A stretch of 64,000 nt of DNA. Origin: Plasmodiophora brassicae (lineage: Eukaryota). The DNA lies in contig CP145420.1 of assembly GCA_036867785.1 (NCBI GenBank), positions 744,001-808,000 of the forward strand, written 5' to 3'. Below are positions 61,445-64,000 of the stretch, in pieces; within the stretch, counting starts at the first letter, position 1; every line of letters begins with the position of its first letter. Made by a program: the position numbers and the translations under genes. The notes beneath the pieces are model-generated. The model was not told the origin of the DNA and did not search any database. It saw nothing but the letters and a program-made list of their open reading frames with translations.

Positions 61445-63663
61445 ATGACGTCGCGGGTTGCAGTTGCCGTCGTCCTGACTGCATGTCTGACGTTAGTGAC
61501 ACCGGTACCCTTCCAGCCGGTTCCCCATCCCGGCGACGACGCTGAAGGCTCGCTAGACGCGGCAGCAGACGTCAGGTCCCTCTGGGACGTATCGCTCCAG
61601 AATGTCAACTCGGACCAGTGGCACTGTGGGTGCAGGTGCGCAGGTTCTCTATTGAGTCCCGATCACATTGTGCCATCCACATAGGTACAGGTGGCCGTAC
61701 TACCTTTCCAACCAATTCTGTCATCGGCGGAAGCGGCCAGTACCCGGCGCGTTCGGATTCAGATTGGTGGCCACTTCGCGATAACGTGGGGTTGTTTTCC
61801 GACAATGTCCACGGTTGGCATACAGGATTCGTTACCGACAATCAGTTTCAAGACGACCCCCGACCTGAAACTCAAATCAAGCCGGGATCAGACGAACATA
61901 GCATTTGGCCAACGATGTCAGCTGTCAATGACGTCTTTAGTAACGGAAACGTGGTTTCGTCACCAATCGATGTGCCGGGATGGCCACTTGTTACTTCCGA
62001 TTGGGAATTTCCCTCTCTAAATACTCACGCTGACGACCATTCCCTTGTTGACGTCCACTCTCGAACGAACCTCTATCAGAACGAATTTGAAAGGCGAGGC
62101 GTAAATGAAACACAAGACGCCACTGTGCACGTATGGCAACCAAATTCCAACGGGCACCGTCTCGTCGACTTCCGCCCTTCAGTCAACCCCTGTCGTTGCG
62201 AACTGGATTCGCAAGACGTTAGCGAAATACTACAAGACTCCACATCGAGCACATGGCCAACCGACGCCAACGGGAACTTTGCCTTTGACATCCACACTCT
62301 TACCGACCTCTGTGATATCGACTTTGAATCGCCAGGCGCTACCGAAATAGTACTACAAGGTCTCACTCATGTGAACACGTGGCCAGCAGACGCCAATGCG
62401 CCCCTTGCCGTTGACATCTACCCTCCAGCCGACCTCTGTCATATCGGCTTTGAATCGCAAAGCGCTACCGACGTACTACAGGCCGCCACTTTGAGCAATT
62501 GGCCAACCATGCACCCTGGCGCCGCCCATGTTCTACATCGTTTCGATCCCGGTTGCACAACACTTCAAGCCGAGGCGCGTATCTCAGGCGCATCCGATTC
62601 TGCGCTTTCCCACAGGCAGGAGTTGCCCGGCGACAGTGGACGCTTGATGTGGACGGCGACCTCGAACTTGCTTTCCGCCGGTTCCCCGGTATTGCAACCG
62701 ACTCTGTGCTCACAGGATCAAGACGCCATCGACCAATACGACTGGAACATGTTCATTCCAGAATCACCCGCGCCGGTTCCCCTACACTCGCTCGCGACAT
62801 CCCGCCATGACGGTTGCACTTTTCCCCCGTTTACGCTTCAACCTGTGGGGACTCAAGGTTCCACTGAAGAACCGGCCACCATGCACGGGTGCCAGTCGCA
62901 ACCTTCGCAGAACGAGCACCATGGTCGTGGCAAATACCCCAGAAAGAAATGCGAGCATGGGCGATTGAAACATGGGTGCAGGGTTTGCTGTCCGCACCTC
63001 TTCTGTACTGAACATGGGCGACAGAAATGGGGTTGCAGGCCGTGTGGCGGATCAGGCATCTGTGTGCATCGTCAAATCCAGTACTACTGCAAGGCATGTA
63101 AAGGGAAGGGCATCTGTCAACACGGCCGACGGAGATCCCGCTGTACGGCGTGTGTACGTGATCGAGGTCAAGTCGGCATCTGCGAGCACAACCGGCGTAC
63201 AAACGTGACTGCGGAGGCAGTGCTGCGCGTGTCGTACGCCAACGACCGAATCACCGATGCACAAGCCAACGCGCGACGAAACGTCGGGTCTGTGCCGCAA
63301 GCGAGTATTCCGCCGGAAGCGCCGCCGCCGCCGCCCGTCGTCAAACGCCGCGGGGGTACCTTCGACGCGCCATCGCGTGGTTTGTTGCAATATTGTCGCA
63401 GAGCTTGGCAACGGTTGAACATTGTCCTTCGTGTCGCTGATGAGCTCAAGCAGCGGCAATCGAAAGAACTGACGGAAGGGTGCCGGCAGTTTCAGTGCAC
63501 AGTTGTAAAGCCTGTCGTCGCCTGCTTCCAGCGGCATCACGGATCCAATCCTGAGGCGTTTCTGGCGAGATGGCCCGAATTCTTTCCGTCGAAATTCGGC
63601 TCCAAGTGCTGCGATGCGTCTACTGATGATTGCGGTACTACCAAGTCGAAGGCCAGGACCTGA
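61445..63663 (+). CDS. Putative secreted protein with about 40 aa tandem repeats and C-x-H-G...C-xx-C Cys/His repeats (probable short intron ending about 61684)
   Basis: Signal-like N-terminus MTSRVAVAVVLTACLTLVTP. 681 aa open frame 61618..63663 containing CEHGRLKHGCRVC, CTEHGRQKWGCRPCGGSGIC, ICQHGRRRSRCTAC and ICEHNRR. Confidence 0.7.
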
Positions 63664-63697
63664 TCAGGGTCGTGACGTCGTCCATACGTACAAACCA

Positions 63698-64000
63698 CAC
63701 ATGTACCTCGGTCAACCCCCGTCGACGACAGTACTGTCCCGACTTGCATACGCCGCCGATACAGGACGTGCCCCGACACCTTGTCCAGATCCGTTGTTTC
63801 TCGAAGCGCAATCAGATTGCGCTTCGTTCAGGCGCAATTGGCCGGTTATCGGCCCCACATGGGCCGTGCGCCATGTACGAGTTGACCAAGTCGTGCAGAA
63901 GCGGCCGGCGCTCCGGGTGGTCTGGGATTTCCGTCCACACCAAAGAATCGATTAGGGCGACGTTGTCGGTCGTCATCTGGCGCCAGATCAGGATGGGCGC
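63698..64000 (-). pseudogene. Helitron Rep relic (upstream part; continues beyond the window)
   Basis: Translation from 64000: PILIW...IDSLVWTEIPD...LLHDLVNSYMAHGPCG, then a stop/frameshift and GHVLYRRR; these are Helitron Rep motifs. Confidence 0.85.

Overview
Eukaryotic, GC-rich, gene-dense DNA with many short (about 40-70 nt) GT-AG introns. Style and gene content (ciliary CFAP46, WASP, Pfmap-2-type MAPK) suggest a flagellated/amoeboid protist, possibly a plasmodiophorid such as Plasmodiophora; this is inference only. Positions 1-24.7 kb are a transposon nest around one MAPK gene. It holds a truncated Ty1/copia element ending in a hairpin, a hAT relic, and a Sola-like transposase relic split at one TTAA by two tandem piggyBac-like elements. 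One piggyBac carries an intact chromoviral Ty3/gypsy element with identical LTRs; the other carries a non-autonomous CACTA element. A full-length CACTA of the same family follows. Positions 25-60.6 kb are mostly housekeeping genes: Cbp3, GCN5, ankyrin-HECT, WASP, SDE2, AKAP7/ASCC1-like, a bacterial-like cytidylyltransferase, CFAP46, MVD, a U-box-like protein, ERGIC3, TFIIIC-Tfc4, DHX40 and an MST/Hippo-like kinase. The window ends in a Helitron relic interrupted by a 2.4 kb cassette encoding a signal-peptide, repeat-containing Cys/His protein. All family calls come from motif recognition by eye, and exon boundaries of multi-exon genes are approximate.
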